The notes beneath the pieces were generated by a model. That model was not told the origin of the DNA. It ran no database searches and saw nothing but the letters and a program-made list of their open reading frames with translations. This document shows positions 37,465 to 51,352 of a DNA stretch of 64,000 nucleotides, piece by piece. Origin of the DNA: Ramazzottius varieornatus (lineage: Eukaryota > Animalia > Tardigrada); contig BDGG01000010.1 in assembly GCA_001949185.1 (NCBI GenBank), forward strand, positions 1,497,773 to 1,561,772. Direction: 5' to 3'. The position numbers and the translations under genes were made by a program. The number at the start of each line of letters is the position of its first letter. Within the stretch, counting starts at the first letter, position 1.

Positions 37465-37520
37465 GGGAAACATCCCCACCGGGAAACATCCCCACCGGGA
37501 AACATCCCCACCGGGAAACA
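37465..37520. repeat. 16-bp tandem repeat (3.5 copies) inside a GGH exon
   Basis: GGGAAACATCCCCACC x3, followed by GGGAAACA. Confidence 0.95.
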
Positions 37521-38984
37521 GCAAACTACGAACAAGCAGACATCAGAGGCGGAAATACAGCTCAGATATGTATAACTCAAAATTATAAGGATGGATAATT
37601 GTGATGCTTATTACCCGTTCACGGACTGAAACATCTTCTCATAATAATTGTCATTCTGGTTGATCCTAAAAGAGTAAATTTCCACGAGCGCACCTCGGAC
37701 CTCGGGTGGTAGTACGGAACGAAATCCCATATCGTCTTTATAAAACCGTGGGCTGGTTGACCACCGGTGAACTTACAGAATAGGTACCACCCGTGCTCCC
37801 GCGCTTTCTACCCATTTCACATAGGAAGCCGGAAGGGATCATGCGTGTCCGGACTACTGGACCCACCCAGCGAATCTTTGTCCAGGCGTTCCGTAACGAC
37901 ACCTGCAAATTATATTCTATATCATATTATCATGTACGGAGTGTTTGGACCACGGAAGGCACCACGGCCTGCTAAAAAGGAGTTCTCACCAATTATCGGT
38001 CTTGAGTTGATAACAGGATGAGAAGCATCTAGATCCACTGTGGTCAAATGAGCATCTTTAGCTGCACTGGCTTTCTGGTGGGATTTTTCCTTAGTCGAAG
38101 TAAAGTTAGTAGACGATCGAACTAGGAGACGGATACACGCGACACTCAAGAAACAAACTCCAAACGACATAAGCCAAAGTAAGATATCTATCTTTTCTTC
38201 GGAAAATTGTCCGAGATACTGGAACGTAAAGAAAAAACCCGGATGACAATATCAGAGCGGGAATAAAACTTTCTAGATGAAGCGTTTCTGAAATCAACTG
38301 AGATTTTGATACTGCTGCCGAGTGCCGAGTACTGCCGACTTCATCATCATAGCAGGGATCTATATTAGCTACAGTAGAGCTTATGTAACAAGTTAACAAT
38401 ACATGCTTACAGTACATATATATTACATAAGCGCAAGGATAGGATTCCCGTAGTTGACTGTGTGAAGACTCTAAGAGTCTGAGGAGTACGTTCGGCGGTC
38501 GACAACGATGCAGTGTGGCGTGAAAGTTGTTAACTATCGTCGAATGGGACTCGACCTTCTGGTATGGATGTCAATCATGTCATAACACCGCTCGAGCCGA
38601 CAAGTCAGGAAATTTTGATTTCCGGGAGCACCGGGCGACGGGCGAATGCGGACGAAGGAAGATAACTTTGAGGAACCGGAAGGGCAATACGAAAGGAAAA
38701 AGAAACCCTTCTCCGCTTGTTGGGGTTCTTAGTGCTTCGCAGAGATCTGATCAAAAACGATCCCCTCAAAGCCCCGATCAAAGGACCTCGAGAATAAATT
38801 AACAATGAAGGTTGACGAGCAAACCGAAAACTCCAGCACTGCAGTGTAACATTATGATAAAATTTATAAAACTTACTATATCCAGCTTTAGCAACAACCA
38901 AAATATTTCGCGGAAAATACTGTTCGATTTTGGTAGAAAATCTTGAACGAAAGATCAGTTTGAAAATTCTGAACCACTTCTCTA

Positions 38985-41476
38985 TTAAAACGGGAAGACG
39001 TAAATTTGGTCGTACACTGTATTCTTGGAGAAGACGGGGTTCCAGTTATATATAAGAGCATCGTCCTCTTGCTCCTGGCTTGGAAAGCGGTGGTTGTTCT
39101 TTCGAGCTGAAGTAGCAGACAAAACTTCAACGTGACCGACATCACTTCAAAGGGAAGCCGTTTAATTACCTTCCGATACGAAGAAATTAGCGAAGAACTG
39201 TGAGACGAGGACAGCTTCGGCGGAATGCGATACAGCGCTAGGATGTCGCCATTCAAAATTGCTCTTTTCAGGGTGGAACTGAACGCCGTATATTGGATAG
39301 GTCTTTCCTAGATGAAAAGTCATCAGTACAGTATGTGTATAGAAGAGAATACAACCTGAACACATGCAAACTGTCGTGGCATGTTATGGGAGCTGGACAA
39401 GACGCTGGACAAACTCCTGTTGGACAGCTGTACTGGACAATAAGACTGGACAAACCGAGTATAAATCGCGCGTAAAGGCAACGGAAATACCAGAACATTT
39501 TTTTATGTTTTCAGAAAAGAAGCAAAAGTGATACAGCAAACGTCAAAAATTCCGATAGCACTATCCATAATCTGAAAAGTTTATCGACCCGTTATAATTC
39601 CAGTAAAATAATCAAATAATCTGCAAATCTGATGCCGTATCTAGTTTGGATAATTTGGTACATTATCGTTACGCCTTGCGATTTTCGGGAGGCCGACAAA
39701 CGAAACGGAAAGGTCGTTCTCGCGAGAGGCGCACGTGTGTATTATTATCGGCTGAAAGCGTGCGCCACTGGACAGAGCGATTTTGTAAGTTTTTTGTGCC
39801 GGCCTCCCGAAAACCGCAAGGCGTAAAGATAATGTACCAGATTAATGCACCAACCAAAGACGCACAGATAATGTATCAAATCATCAAAACTAGATACGAC
39901 ATCGGATTCGCAATGATTTGATCTATTCTACTGGAATTTCAACGGATCGATAAATTTTCTAAATTTTGGATGGTGCTATCGGACTTCTTGACGTTTGCTG
40001 TATCACTTTTGCTTCTTTTCCGAGAAGTGAGAACCTTAAAAAATATGTTCGTGTTACTGTTGTGTTCACGCGCAATTTAAACTCAGTTTGTCCATTACAG
40101 CTGTCCAACAGGAATTTGTTCAAACTCCAGTGTCTTGTGGAGCTTTTACGACATGCAAACTGTCGACCAACCTTCCATGGCGGAAACGAAGGTTTCTCCG
40201 GAAGGGGTCGTGGATGTGGACAGGAGCCGATAGTGATCCGTCATATGGTACTTTTCGAAGTTCGAAGTCGTGACGCAGAAATGGTGAGAATTCGCCGTTA
40301 GGTTTTTGCCCTGGAGAATATCTGTGATTTCAGGTGAGGAACTCCCGAAGAGCCGGGAAGACTTGAAGTCTGCAAACCTCAGAATTGATCAGTAACCGCT
40401 GTAGCGGTCACCCGTATGAAGTGAAAGAACGCTCATGGCGGAATTTTACCTGGTGAGAGATCAATCGAAAGGCTAATGTTTTCTGCACTGCATTTCGATA
40501 TTATCCTCGGATCGGAGGCCATGATCTCGCTGATGAGTTCGAATCCCAAGCAGGTACCCCAAACAGGGAAGTACCCTCCAGATGCAGCTTCCTGTAAATT
40601 TCACTATCAGTGCCACTAACTTTCAAACAAACAAAAAATAGGACGGGCAATGATTACTTCACCATACATTGATAGCGAGTTTGAGCAGAAATCGTCCCGC
40701 ACGCGCGTAGCCTGAATGGTTCAGCGAGACAGCCCCACCGGGAAACATCACACTAAAAGATAAGCCGTGTTTCCTCCGAACATTTCAACAGCAACGGGAA
40801 TGGTTATGTCACAGCTGCAGATACACGTGCCCGTTCACGGAGTGGAACATCTTGGCGTAGTAGTCTTCATGCTTGTCCATCCTGAAACGAAGAATGGATG
40901 CATTAGAATCGTACTTCCGGTCGCACTTCCGGTCATTGCACAACGGAGGTTTTACATGTTTACACTTTATATACTGTAAATATTCGCTGCGTCCGCGCAT
41001 TACGTCATCGTACCAGTGAAGTACAGCCCCAGTCCAGTTTCACGGATTGCGCAACCCCCTACGGGGGTGCATCGTTGCGTACGAATAGGTACTGCGCGGA
41101 TGCAGCGAATATTTACAGTACTCAGCATGCTATGATACCCACATTACTTACAGTATAGGAACTACACGAGCTCCCCCACTTTCTATCCATTTCACGTACG
41201 ACGCAGCGATGAATGAAGACTTGGTATCCGTATGATTGGATCCATCAGGGGATGGTGCATACAGCCGCTCCGTGACGATCCCTGTACCACGGAAGCTGGT
41301 TGGACTACTATTCGACGACCATAACAATAACAGTGTCCCAGCTCACCAATGATTGGGCGCGTGTTGACACCGTTCGCGTTGGCATCCTTGATAGTGGAGT
41401 CGAGCGAACCGATAGAACGAAAAATGAACATCCCCCAAAGTGACAAGAATATTCCTAACCAACACTCGAAATACAT
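38985..41476 (-). CDS. GGH: Gamma-glutamyl hydrolase (folylpolyglutamate hydrolase, peptidase C26), apparently intact, multi-exon
   Basis: Signal peptide MYFECWLGIFLSLWGMFIF; NTRPIIG; FIAASYVKWIESGGARVVPI; SVNGVMFPGG; YFPVWGTCLGFE (catalytic Cys); ANSHHFC; YPIYGVQFHPEK (His); ARKNNHRF...ALIYNW...QIYVF. Confidence 0.92.
39379..40156. mobile_element. Foldback / Mutator-like non-autonomous element in a GGH intron
   Basis: ~300-bp imperfect inverted arms (e.g. AAAAGAAGCAAAAGTGATACAGCAAACGTCAA vs TTGACGTTTGCTGTATCACTTTTGCTTCTTTT; CCTGTTGGACAGCTGTA vs TACAGCTGTCCAACAGG); 9-bp direct repeat AAACTGTCG at 39368-39376 and 40157-40165. Confidence 0.85.
40974..41118. mobile_element. Tc1/mariner-type MITE (145 bp) in a GGH intron
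   Basis: 26-bp TIR CTGTAAATATTCGCTGCGTCCGCGCA / TGCGCGGATGCAGCGAATATTTACAG (1 mismatch), flanked by TA on both sides. Confidence 0.85.
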
Positions 41477-42531
41477 GGTATATTGTGGTATAGATAAAAG
41501 AGCTGGGCTCGCGGCGACGGCGGACAGAATACCTATGTCCCTGAATTCGCAGATGAAGAAGGAATCAAGGAAAGAATGATCGATTTCTGTATAGACCGTA
41601 AACTTTACCTACTTACACATGCCAATGACGTCGTGACGTCAAGTTTAACCTTGCCCATTTAGCCTGGAGTCGTGTTTTGATTTGGAAGTGAGTTTTACCG
41701 GTATTATGGTACACGTCGAGGTATACGGAAACCACGTACACGTGTAGCCACTTTAGATCGGAAGAAAGACAAACAGGTGTTGCTGAAACCTGCAGCCAGA
41801 ATGACCACTTCCATTGATAATGATCGAAGGCGGTGGCTGCCCGCTGCGGAAAGTCTGCAAAGCTGTCCGTGGCTCATGCGGTAGGCGTCTTGTGGAGTGC
41901 AAACATATCTTCGAGGGGCATGGGGTAATCGTTGATGTACTCGTACGGAAAAGCACATAGCCGGTTCAATAAAAAAGTTAGTTAATATTTTGGTTATGCG
42001 ATATTCATGATCGCCATTGTCGTGAAACGATATTGTCAGTAGGTTCGGCCGAAAAGATACACTAGTACACTCGTGCAGTAATGTGTCTCAAGCCATACTA
42101 TTGATACAGTAGAACAATAAGCACAACACAGCCGGGCGCAACAGATTGATCCCGTTGATCCAAATGAGATAAACTTCGCGCTCGGATTCCTTCATATACC
42201 CAAGTGTTATATGGATTTTTCTAAAGTAGCACAGGTTTTCTCCAAATGTTATGACAGGATCGAGTTCAAAACGCAGAGGCAAGTAAGGGAAATTAGGCAA
42301 TATAAAAACTGTTGTGAAGCCGGAACAGAGATGCGCTCAGCATCGGCATCGAAACAACCCGCAATTCAAACGAGGAACGTGGACGTACCGGACGTACCAG
42401 ACGTACAGAAAAATAACCCCTTTATTTTTACAGAATATAATTAGAGCGGAAGCAAGCTGCTGTCTGATGTCGGTCAGAACGACGTCCTTAGACAATCAAT
42501 TCATTCATTTCGTGGAGATGCCACCATCTTT

Positions 42532-45163
42532 TCAGTCCTTGTGCTCTTGGATAGCGATAGTCACATGCCCCGGGTTCTGTGATGCAGGTTCGGAAATAGC
42601 AACTTCGCCCTTAGCAGGAACCAGGCTCTTTATTCGAGACCACAACGACTGAAATTTCTCCGGAGCAGTTTGCCGTAAGTTTTTGATAAAACCGAAGGAA
42701 ACCCGGTCGGCGAATACTAGGACCAGAAAGCCACACGCGATCATCACAGTTCCGATTATTTCCACCGGCAGGAAATCCTTATTCACGAGGTCGTAATCGA
42801 AAACTGAAAGTAGGAGATGACCATTTAACCCTAAAGCAAACGAAGAACGGAACAGAATCGGAATCTTACAGTGAGCAAGAGGAACTGCCAGCAGAAATCC
42901 CAGCGAGGTGAAGACTGGGTTTGTCCAGGCTACGCCAAGATTGACTAGCCAGTTGAACGCTGCACGAGAAGAAACAGTTTGCCATTAGGCTCGAAAGATT
43001 CTACGGAGACTGTAAGAGTTGTCCATACCGAACGAGGCCGAAGAGTTCTTGCAGACGATGTCCCATGGAATACTCTCCCACTGCCAGCGCTCGGCCTTGG
43101 TCAAGTACAGTATAAGAACAATAGGCCACATGGTGAAAAGTGTGAAGGTGGCAATGGCGGACACTGAGAAAGAAATTCGCCCAAGATCCGTGGTGGCACC
43201 GATTCTCTTCTTATACAATACCTGCAGGCACATGATGTGACATATAGCGTTCGAATTCTAAGTAAACTTCCCGTCATGTCAGGGTGGTATTATTTGGGTC
43301 ATGATCCTACCTGATACACCGCAGTGGCCATCGCCCCGCAGATCATCATTACCGCGGACTCCCAATCTGGATTCGAAAAACCTTCATGGTACGCCAGGAG
43401 CACAACGCCCACCAAGGAACATAAGACTGCCAGGATCTGCAACAGGGAACTACTGGTCAGAAAACTGTGATTTGTTACTATTCGAATATTGCCCTTTTAA
43501 TATTCACTTTTAGTTTAGTTGTTTCATTCAAAAAATTTGCAGGTGGCGAGAAAGGTCATCACAAGTAGACGATCACATGATGGCTTTGTGACTGTATGTT
43601 TATAATTTGTCGACGTGCATAGTTATTTCCGGCAGACCAAGAATCACTAAAGATACCAACACGATATAAATCATCGTATGCGGCACTCCTTCCAAATATT
43701 GCTTCATTATGTATTCCTGACGTGACAGTTTGATCGTTGTGTCAGCAAGCACCACCGGTTAGAGAACACTTGGAAAGCCCAAGATCGTCATATCGTATTT
43801 TGATAAATTTTAGCTCTTATTGCCTATGAGTCTGTTATTGTCTCAAGTTCCTGGAAGTGCGGGTAAAAAGCAAGAGAAGTGATTTTCTAACTGTTCAAGA
43901 CGTGCAAATACTGTACCTTAACGGGCATAATGTCCACGCCCAGGACGATGACGGACAGAATGTAGACCCAGGCCACATTGGACGCGTTCAACGCGGTGGC
44001 GTTTCCGGCCGACACGAAATGAAATGGAGCGAAGGTCAAATACTGCACAGCAATGCTAATGCTGGACAGCGCGCCGATGTCCACAAAGAAGACCTTGGGA
44101 GAGATTCTCCGATCTCCGTAGATCTTTGTACCATCCCTGGCTAGGTGTCGGATGGGATAAGTCTTGACCCATCTCCCGAAGAGCAGCTGGTAGATCCAGC
44201 GAAGAAACAGGTAAATGGGGTAGGCCGCTATCCGCCAGTTACTGCGGAACCAAATGAGCCACAGCGGGGCATGAAAGTAGGTAGTTGAAGTGTTTTTGGC
44301 ATAATAATTGAGCAAGGCAGAAGAGACGGCGATGCCGGCAATGGCCAAGCATCCTAAGACGTAGAGCTTTAGGTCCTTCAGACGTAGACGCTTGAGATCC
44401 TCGTCGACCGGTTGTTCCTCCTCAGAGTCGTCCTCTGCAAATATGGCAAAATATTAAGAGGGTGCATGTAACAGTCTCAATCATCTTTGAACATTAGCAC
44501 ATTAGCGATGCTTGTCCAACAAAGTGGGCAAAGAGCTACCATCAGCCGAGAAAAGACGCTTGACATCCTTTGGAGCAATTCAAAAAGACGTGCGCGACTT
44601 CGGCCAGGTTATCACAGAAAACAGGACTTTGACAGGCGAATTCGACAAGGTTGTTTCTTCAAGTGGCGCACGCTCTCGTCTAATACAGTAACAAAGAAAG
44701 CGTGTGTCGCTCGGTAAACAATCTTGACAGGATTGTTTGCCGAGCTCCCAAATGTTGCGCAAAGGTGGTTCTTCGGAAAAACGCCCAATCTTATGTACAC
44801 AAATCAGTACGAGTCTGTTAATAATCATGCAGAAAAACAGAAAACTGAAAATAGCACCCGTTGTAATTGAATATTTTCTGTACGAACGTTTCCGCTTGCG
44901 GCTAGCAACTTTGACCAGAAAAAGCAAACAAAATATGTTGGCGGTAGCTTTTGTCCGCTATTCTTACCTGATATAGATTCGGCGGGTTCATAGGGAGGTT
45001 TCGTAAAGTCATGAGAGTGTGGTGCTGATGATGCATGCGACAGTTTCCTCCAGGCTTCCTTGATGTCGTTGAAGGATCGACTGGCAAAGGTCGCTGGAAT
45101 GCTGGACGCAGTGGCCACTGGAATAGTGGACTCTTTGTCATCTTGTTCTTGCAGTTGCGTCAT
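42532..45163 (-). CDS. SLC35F3/F4-like DMT (EamA) transporter, copy A
   Basis: FHAPLWLIWFRSNWRIAAYPIY, ATALNASNVAWVYILSVIVLG, AMATAVYQVLYKKRIG, MWPIVLILYLTKAERW...IPW, FNWLVNLGVAWTNPVFTSLGFLLAVP; ~10 TM helices. Confidence 0.85.
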
Positions 45164-46728
45164 GGCTGCTGAGGGACCAAGAGTTTCGAATAGTCCAGAA
45201 AAGAGCTGATGGTCCCAAGGAACGGAGAGCTTAGCCTGCTGTCATTTTGGCCCAGGGTCGCTCACCGTTAACTAGCGTCGCAGCTGGATATGGATATCCG
45301 CCTTACAGTCAGCCGCTAAGGTCGTTGAGGCTTTCGTTAAGGAGAAAGTTGTAGGGAGCCCACATGAACCAGGGTACATCAAATTTGATAAGAGTAATAA
45401 CTGATTAAATTTCCGGAGATGAAACACTTAAATATCGTGGATAGCTGATAACAGCGAGAAAGTGAAGGACTCGGCAGTAAGCGGAATACTAGAGAAGGGC
45501 GTGGCACTCTTAGAAAGACTGGATATAGTTTTGCTATACTGGATAACTTTTTGCGGGCATGCTCTGCGTAGACTACAGAACGCAACTCTGCGGAGCTTAG
45601 AGCAACAGAACATAAATGGCTTCTGGAAACGATTGCCCAGCTAGTACAAAACGATTGGTGGACTCGGTAGGTTATGTGTCGGTTAGAGTGGGCGTTCAAA
45701 GCACATTACCTCAAAAGCATCGAACATCTGCGCGAGTCTACTTATGTACGTTGTTTGATAATCAAGGTAGTACTATACAGGGTTGTTGCCTGTGCAAAAT
45801 GATAAGCCAAAGTTCCTTGTTTGAAGCCTAAGTTTCGAGTTTGTTGTTTGAATAGAACAATACTGTATACCTCCTTGGTTGAAAAAGCAGACTGTGTGGG
45901 CGGTGCCTGCACCGACAAGCAGGTCACAACCTATGCATCTTTGTAGACTCGGAGTCTGAGGGACCTCGAAAGTTTGACCATCGTGCATTCTTTGCTTTTT
46001 GAAAGAGCAAAGGTATGTTCTTGAACCGTGTTGTCAGAATGGTGAGAATACATAAGTACAGTGAGCGCGCACTCGTGATGATGAGAACTGGTTGCGTATA
46101 TGCAAGAAAATAGATTCTTCGTCGAAAACGATTCTGAGAAGTGTTTTGCAGCACTACTATTGTACGTCGCCCGTAACAGCTGTCTTTTGGATTTCTTGAC
46201 ACAAAGGAATAATAACTCACATAATTATGCAGAATTCAAGCCACTTCAGAGCCATGCATTAAATTGACCGTAACCGTGATTAGGTTGTGCGCTCATGGCG
46301 GTCTCTCTGATAATCATAGCGGCCCACACAGCGAAAACGTGCCAAGTAACGCTCCAGGAAACCGAATAGACTGCACCCACACAAGATTCAACACGTCAAA
46401 GTCTCGAGACCGTCTGATTATGAATCTCAAGAATAATTTAATCTCCTGACTGCGAATGGCAATTAACCTGCAAAACTAAAACCGTCTACCGGGAAATACC
46501 GCTCGATCTGTCGGCTTGCGTCCATACATGGTTGCGCAAACATCTCTTGGATCGGAGACGCACTCATGCAATATCCGACTCTCACATCGGCTGAAAGTTC
46601 TCGTATGGAGCTTGTCGTCGGAAAACTCAAAATCGAATGCGAGGATTTTGAACGGAACTTTTATCAGTTCAGCCTCAAGTTTTTTGGTCTTTAAGAGATT
46701 CACAAACAAACGACAATCTTCGAGAACA

Positions 46729-48803
46729 CTACGAGCTACTTCCGGTTCTAACTTGTAAACCATTCACATTAGGCGCTACCGCAGTGGAAGTGACTCTGCG
46801 GAATTTTCCTGGTACCGGTAGCTGTGAGAAGTTTTCTCTTGGTGAGTCCGGGACGCGTCGCGTTGCTAGTTCGAATATACTTTGTCGCGGTCGATTGTCG
46901 CTGGACTCTGCAACTTTAAACTCCCGGACGACTTGTCGGTCCGCGACATGTTCGGCCTTCTTCCATATCCACTTAGTGTTTCCTCTTATCTGTTTCCACT
47001 CGTACTTGAAATGCTCCCAGTCCAGAACGTCTCCGAAGACCAGTATCAGGTAACCCAAAGCCAACAGAGAGGATCCAGTCAGCTCGATGGCTCCGTAGGG
47101 CTGTCGATCATTCCAAATATCATTGAACACTGCAACGATCATTCATATTATATCTGCCAGCAGGCGCTTTGCTTGGTAAGAGGTTGTTAGCAGAGCGTGG
47201 CGCCACCTACTGTAGCTGAGCGGGATAACACACAGAAAGCCGATGGAAGTAAACACGGGGTTCGTCCACGATACTCCCAAGTTGACCAGGAACACGAGAG
47301 CTGAAGCGCAAAAGGACATAATATCAAGTACGTGGATCAGATGTTTTTACAAAGGGTCTTTAAGTACGAAAGGAGATGATGGTGAGACAGAATACCGACC
47401 CCATGCCGCCGCGGAAGTTTTGCCTAGCATTTCCAGGGGCAAGTTGTAGATGTCCCATCGCTCTATCCCCACCAGTTTTAATCCAAGAGCTGCTGGCCAC
47501 AGAAGTACCATTGACACCATAGCTAGCAAAGATACCGAGAAACTAATGCGTCCGAGGTTGGTAGTGCCACCTAGGTTGAATATAGTACCGGTTAGCCATT
47601 TAATTTACAGCTCGCGCTTATCCGTTTATAACAAAGCTTCTTTATATCACGTTACCTACGCGCCTTTTGAAAGTTATCTGAAAAGCAGAAACTTCTTCCG
47701 GTGCACTTCCGGGGTGTTTACTGCAATCGAAATAATGTAAATAAAGTACCTGATAGACTGCCGTTGTGATTGCTCCAGCGGAGACAAGAACCGACTGTTG
47801 CCACTTCTCCGTATTGTAGATGACCTCAACCAGAAGTAGTAATGTACCGGCAGACAAGAACAACACCGCACCGAAAATCTGCGAAATGCGAGAGTGATTT
47901 CAAAAATGCGAGTCTTCTCGTGATCCGCAGCTTTGATACCTTGATACTGGTGACCTCGCCTTGGAGGAAAAAGGCGGAGAGAAAGAACACAAATACGATG
48001 CTCATGGCTCCTAGCGATGCGTAGCTTCCTATAGAATACATTGTGAAGAGGGGCAGGAACATCAGGATGTTGTTCAGTGCAGTCAGAGAGCCCAGAAGAC
48101 AAATGTCGACGAGAAACTTGGTTATTGTAATCGGTCGTCCATACATGTAAGCGCCATCTCTAAAACGAAAGAGAATAGTTTTGAAAAACAATTTTCGCGT
48201 TCCATTTGGGAGCCGGCGAACACTGTGAGGAAGATCTTTAGATCAATTGCGCACGTTTTCGACCAAGAGAAGATGATCATCCCAAGGTCATTTGTCTCCT
48301 CCCATTTATACTTTTTAACATAAAGTACCTGATTATTGCGGTTAGAGATCTTCTTCTGAGTTTCCCGAACATTCCGAACACGAGTTCGTAGAGCCAACGG
48401 AGTGCAACGAAGATCGGGAACGTGAAGATCCTGTAGAAGGCTCGTATGGTGAGCATCAGAGTTGGTCCGTAAAACGTGGGACTTTCGGTCCTGTGTGTAA
48501 CGTTGTAAAGCATCCCCGTGCAGGTCGATATGGAGCAAATGAAAACGATTCCGACGGCGAAGGATCGAACATCCCGAATTTTCAAGTGCGTGAACTCATC
48601 CGGGAGTCGTTCGACAGGAGGCTCTACAACAACCAACGTTTGAAAATTTCCATCAACGCGATGATGATATAGGATTCCCCAACAAAAGATTCTCCCGTAC
48701 CTTCTGTGGTATCCTGCATGGTCCCAACAGAAATCATCCGCCTGATTTTCTGAACGATAACCTGGCTCGACGCAGTACGGAAAATTTCCTTCTTCCGTGC
48801 CAT
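46729..48803 (-). CDS. SLC35F3/F4-like DMT transporter, copy B
   Basis: FYGPTLMLTIRAFYRIFTFPIF, ASLGAMSIVFVFFLSAFFL, GAITTAVYQ, LLWPAALGLKLVGIERW, LVNLGVSWTNPVFTSIG; same exon pattern as copies A and C. Confidence 0.82.
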
Positions 48804-49307
48804 TCCTCCAGGAGTCTACACCTTCCAGACGATTATACTCTTGTTGTCAAAAGTCTATCTTGTATCAAAAAATATTTCCTACTCGCAACACGAATTGAAA
48901 AAATACAGTATCACATGGAGCAGAACCACTTGCTTCTAGCTCTACAGAATGCTCAATCTTTCGGACTTTATCGAACACCTGGTTGAGTGGTAGCGAACTA
49001 CTAGAGTATAAAGTGAACTATGGTTGATAACTGATGCTTTGAAACCTCTAAATGGGAAACTTCCACGCTTTCTTCCTTATCAGGTAAGAAAGCGCGGTAA
49101 GTTTTTATCGCCAAAAGGGTTATCGTCTTATGTACAGCATGCTGTCTGCCGACGATCGTAAAGCAAAGGTAAAACTAGACGGCTAGAGTTGAATGATCAT
49201 GCGACGAATGTCCGCGCAAGGACTCTCAGGTCTACATATTTCAAAAGTAGATATTCAACTTGCGAACTTATTCTACAATCTAGAGGAGTTATGAAGGTCC
49301 TTCGGCT

Positions 49308-51352
49308 TCAGGTCCTCCGAGAAGGTAGCGCACTGGAATCTGTGCGCCGATAGACTCCAGTCTTGGACAAGTCTGTCACTTCCAATACAGGGTCGACGCT
49401 TTGCAGGCGGGTCAGGTGTGGAACCGGAAGTGCGAGGTTTCCATTGGAGGAGATGGGCATAATCTTTGTTTCGAGCTTGGCTTCCAGGCGGCGTTCCGTC
49501 GCTTTTTTCAGGAACCGAGCTGTCTTGATGGTGTGGTTCCATTCTTTCCGGATCAGCGACCTCGTACTGACGTCAGCCAGCACCAGAATCAATGCTCCTG
49601 CGAAGGCTACTGAAGCGCCGGCGAACTCCACGTCGTATACCTGTCGGTTACTCAGTATCTGATCAACACCTGTAATAGAAATACAGATCGTACTGGCGTT
49701 GTACGAACTTCCGGCTTGGGTTTTGATCATTAATGAACAGGAGTCGATATCCTGGCCGTTGTACAATACGAGTACTCACCATATGTAAATGGTGTGGTCA
49801 GGAGGAAACTGATGGACGTGAAGAAAGGATGGATGTAGGCTACTCCGGCATTGAGTACGAGAACCAGTGCTAGCACAGCACCGCTGGGAGTCACTGTACA
49901 AGAACGAAAGCAGACGTTTTCATTAGTTTTCCATCAGCCAAAGTCTTGTCACAAGTCGGAGGACCGTACGCACCTAACACGACCCACGGAATATCGACGA
50001 CCTCCCAGCGCTCGATGTCGGTGAACCGCAAGTACATGACCAACGGCCACATTAGGACCACCATCCACATGCCCAAAAAGGAAGCAAAGTAGTTGATGCG
50101 AGCCAAGTTGGTGGTGCCACCTATCCGAACCTTGAAAGCCACCTGCACGAATAAAGCCCTCAGAAATTAACGCTCGTCTCCTAATCCGATTCTCCAAGCT
50201 GTCCAAAGTTGAAGCTTGTATTAACCTGGAACGCAGCAGTGAAGAAGGCCCCGGGTAGAATAAGAAGGGATTCGTGCCATCTCGGATTGGACACGATTTC
50301 CACCAAGGTCAGTATGATGACGCCGGACAGGTTCAAGGCTACTCCAAATAACTACAAAATAATACTCTGTACCGTGAAACTCTCCGTTTTATTGACCACA
50401 ATAATATCACCTTTGCGCTCATTACGCTGATCTTCAAGAATACAATACAAAGAACGAACACAACCGACAGGTTAATGGTAGCCATCGACGCCATATTTCC
50501 GGGTCCGCGCACGGCGAAAAGCGGAGCGTAGTTCAGCCTGTAAAACGTGCACAAGATTACATCCGCACGCCGGCACGGAGAAAAGAAGAGAGAAGAAGGA
50601 ACTACTGAAGACCAAACTAATACTTGCCACTGCGACAGAATGCTCAGGATCGTGAGAAAGAGCATGTCACTAACGAACTTCCGTAATGTAACCGGCTTGT
50701 CACCGTAAATCTTCCCGCCATCCCTGCAGAAGGCAAAAGATTTTAGTCTGTCTAATATAGGTTCACTTTTGAAAACGCCATCAGACAGACAAGGACCAGC
50801 ACGTTACATACCGTACAATCGCGGACAGAGTATCTTCTGGGCGGTGGGTTCTTCTTGCTTTGCAATATGCCCACCGGATGAGAGCGTAGATCGGGAAAGC
50901 AAATATGCGAAATAGAGAACGAAACCAAATGACGAAAGACGGGGCATCAAAATTGGGTCTAGCGGTCTGCTTGATGATGTTGTACAGGAGGGAGTTGGTG
51001 ATAGCAGTGAAGATTCCATAGGCGCATCCAATAACAAAGTGCTTTACATCTTGGACGTTGAGATGCTCGAACTCGTCCTCAACCGGTCGCTCCTGATCTA
51101 CAGTCACATACAAACTGCGAACATGAGTATTCTCTGTAACGGTACTAAATATTATTCAACAATATTGATATTATTTTACTGTATTTGATGTATTAATAGT
51201 TTCAATAGTATGTAGTATTTAATGATTAAAGTCAAGTACGTACCTGGTGCAGTAGGACATGAAATACCAGGAACTATCTTCCGCAGCTGAGTTAGTACGA
51301 TCAGTCCAGAGCTGGATATCGTGCGGGAAATCGAAGAACTCGGCTTCATCAT
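49308..51352 (-). CDS. SLC35F3/F4-like DMT transporter, copy C
   Basis: NFDAPSFVIWFRSLFRIFAFPIY, GNMASMATINLSVVFVLCIVFL, VAFKVRIGGTTNLARI, MWPLVMYLRFTDIERWEVVDIPW, NAGVAYIHPFFTSISFLLTTP. Confidence 0.85.

Larger units (their letters stand above)
36341..38170 (-). pseudogene. GGH: Gamma-glutamyl hydrolase paralog, disrupted
   Basis: INSRPIIG, ASYVKWVESAGARVVPI, FPGG, FPVWGTCLGFE, YGVQFHPEK and ALIYNW are recognisable. Lesions: frameshift in exon 2 (~37830), two extra 16-bp repeat units (37465-37520), a 32-bp duplication (37226-37298) and an in-frame TGA (~36825). Confidence 0.85.

Noticed and set aside
37465-37520. Short direct repeats resembling a CRISPR array
   Set aside because: No spacers, eukaryotic context, and the units are duplicated GGH exon sequence.
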